From: Pseudobdellovibrionaceae bacterium
GTDB lineage: Bacteria; Bdellovibrionota; Bdellovibrionia; Bdellovibrionales; Bdellovibrionaceae
Direction: 5' to 3'
DNA: 38,060 nt
NCBI GenBank assembly: GCA_041288045.1
Contig: JBGGMM010000222.1
Location: forward strand, 1-38,060
In this document: piece after piece, positions 36,436-38,060 of the stretch
How positions within the stretch are numbered: the first letter of the stretch is position 1
Layout: each line of letters starts with the position of its first letter
The notes under the pieces: generated by a model
What the model was told of the DNA's origin: nothing
Databases searched by the model: none
What the model saw: the letters and a program-made list of their open reading frames with translations, nothing else
Translations under genes and position numbers: made by a program

Positions 36436-37320
36436 GTGGAGGTTGTTATCGCAAAGTCGAAAGTTCCCTCGAAAAAACCAAGAAAGATGCGCGCCAAAGT
36501 GAAAGTGAAGCGTCGGCTTCCAAAGATTGTCATCGATCAACAGGCAGGTCTGGTTTTTGAGAGTGAGAAGGAACTGTATGATTACTTTCAGCCGCAAATT
36601 GAAACTCTTGAAAAGGAGCATCAGGAGCATCGCAAGCCAGATGATCTGAAAGAGGAGGATGTTCAGGACCTCAGTGATCAACTGGACCTCACTCTCGAAG
36701 AGCCAGCTGAAATTTGGTACGACGAGAAAAGCTTTTCAGATTTTCCAATTTTTCATTTTATTCGTCCCTTGGATGAATTGGACGCTTTCCATGTAGCAGT
36801 TACTTATGTTTCATCAGACGATGAGCCCACTTTCATCTTTCTGCATTTCGTCACGATGGATCTTCAGTTGGTTCAAAGATACCGACGGGGAGACCTGGTT
36901 TACGATCGCGCTTTTGAAGAAGTCGGATTCGGTGCTCTTGAAGGTGATTCTCTTGGGGAGGGCGATCCCATGGCCATTGGGCTTTTTCTCTCTATGCTCA
37001 AACTGCGAAGCGAAAACGATGTTTCATTTGAGCAATTTCAGTCCATCGGTCTCGAGTGTCGTGAAGAAACCATCGAAAGCGCCGATGAAATTTGGCGATC
37101 CAACGACCTGCATGGCAATACACTTGTGACTTTTATCAAAGAATTTCCCGATCACGAGGTGAAGGACCTGTCTTACGTCGCAGTCACCCAAGAAGATTCC
37201 ACCAATGGAGTCCACTCTTTGCTCTTCTCATTTCCAAGCACAGACTCCAATCTCCTCGACCGCTACCGCCACGGCGAAAACCTCCAAGCCGATGAGGTGA
37301 GTCAAGAATCCAGCCATTAA
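36436..37320 (+). CDS. Hypothetical acidic protein with an internally duplicated domain (possible PBECR2-like fold)
   Basis: Two repeats: TLEEPAEIW..FIR..HVAVT..RYRRG and TIESADEIW..FIK..YVAVT..RYRHG. Start uncertain. Confidence 0.75.
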   Translation: MEVVIAKSKVPSKKPRKMRAKVKVKRRLPKIVIDQQAGLVFESEKELYDYFQPQIETLEKEHQEHRKPDDLKEEDVQDLSDQLDLTLEEPAEIWYDEKSFSDFPIFHFIRPLDELDAFHVAVTYVSSDDEPTFIFLHFVTMDLQLVQRYRRGDLVYDRAFEEVGFGALEGDSLGEGDPMAIGLFLSMLKLRSENDVSFEQFQSIGLECREETIESADEIWRSNDLHGNTLVTFIKEFPDHEVKDLSYVAVTQEDSTNGVHSLLFSFPSTDSNLLDRYRHGENLQADEVSQESSH

Positions 37321-37346
37321 CCTTTCCCAAAAAAGCTTCCCCAAAC

Positions 37347-38060
37347 TCAATCCAAAAACCGCTCCATTTTATTGACACCAAATGCTTGAATGGCAGCCCT
37401 TTGATTACAAGACTTGCAAAGAAGTCTCAAATTACTAGATTCATCCGATCCACCAAGAGCTTTCGGATGAATATGATCTATTTCCAGAGCATAAGTAGAC
37501 CGACAGTTCTCACATTGATTCTTGGCTCTTTGAAACACTTCTCTTTTCACTTGAGCTTTGGATTTCAAATTGATGACGCGACGTTTTCTGAACGCTCGGG
37601 ATGGATCATACTCCCGAAGCCCTAAATCACAGAGCTTTTCAAATAATTCCCCTAAACTGAGATTGGGATTAGAATGAGCCAAATAGCCTTTCAGAGTTTC
37701 TATCTTATCTCTTAATCCTTCATTCGCCTGAAACTTCAGTTCAATTGTTTCTTTTGCAACAACTTGAATGCGATCTGGTTTTTCAATTGGCAGATCTAAA
37801 AGACTGGCCGTGATCTTTTCAGCTTCTCTGACTGATCTAGAAGAAATCTGCTCAAAGATCTCAAGCTTTTCATTTTTACTGAGATTTGTCTTTTGAAAGT
37901 ATTTTTGAGCCAGATTAATATGGCTTAAAGAGATCTCTCCTGATTCAATCTTTTCTTCAATCTCTGGAAGTTCTTTAAGTAATTTCATGGCTTTAATTCT
38001 TCGATAAGCTTGATCTTCCGAGTAATTAAATTTTGCCACAGTAAATTCGAATAAGGATTT
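37347..38060 (-). CDS. HNH endonuclease with an N-terminal helical domain; 5' end lies outside the window
   Basis: CENC..LEIDHIHPKALGGSDESSNLRLLCKSCN; YSEDQAYRRI; the frame is open to the window edge; visibly more AT-rich than its neighbours. Confidence 0.9.
   Translation of the reverse strand, partial: KSLFEFTVAKFNYSEDQAYRRIKAMKLLKELPEIEEKIESGEISLSHINLAQKYFQKTNLSKNEKLEIFEQISSRSVREAEKITASLLDLPIEKPDRIQVVAKETIELKFQANEGLRDKIETLKGYLAHSNPNLSLGELFEKLCDLGLREYDPSRAFRKRRVINLKSKAQVKREVFQRAKNQCENCRSTYALEIDHIHPKALGGSDESSNLRLLCKSCNQRAAIQAFGVNKMERFLD

Noticed and set aside
50..37625. Numerous short antisense or off-frame ORFs in the ORF track
   Set aside because: They are shadows of well-supported genes and have no motifs of their own.

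Overview
This is a gene-dense bacterial chromosomal segment, probably from a Bdellovibrionota (Bdellovibrio-like predator) genome or MAG. The taxonomy is an inference from the mix of protein families, not from a search. It carries about 40 CDSs and one tRNA-Arg(UCG). Recognisable core genes are class II RNR nrdJ (5'-truncated), a lipocalin, cinA, an acyl-CoA dehydrogenase, trmH, queF, a sensor kinase, an RluA-methyltransferase fusion, a lemA-TPM-TPM operon, putA, an FAH hydrolase, hslO, lgt, phoD and an OmpR-family regulator. An accessory-looking block follows the tRNA: a GH16 with two CBM-like repeats, a ClC transporter and a His/Cys lipoprotein. There is also a CarH-like B12 photoreceptor and a 5'-truncated HNH nuclease at the right edge. 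The most notable signals are: (i) a stand-alone Fis-type HTH gene surrounded by copies of a GTCTCA-N3-TGAGAC-like palindrome that also lies upstream of sigma54-like promoters; (ii) a 50-bp REP-like hairpin present twice in inverted orientation; (iii) a recurring R-x-[PLI]-A-[SN] peptide motif in envelope proteins next to a rhomboid protease; (iv) an Illumina P5 adapter embedded at 34229-34267, so the split coiled-coil/Hsp20 gene is most likely an assembly artefact. I saw no CRISPR array, integrase or transposase.
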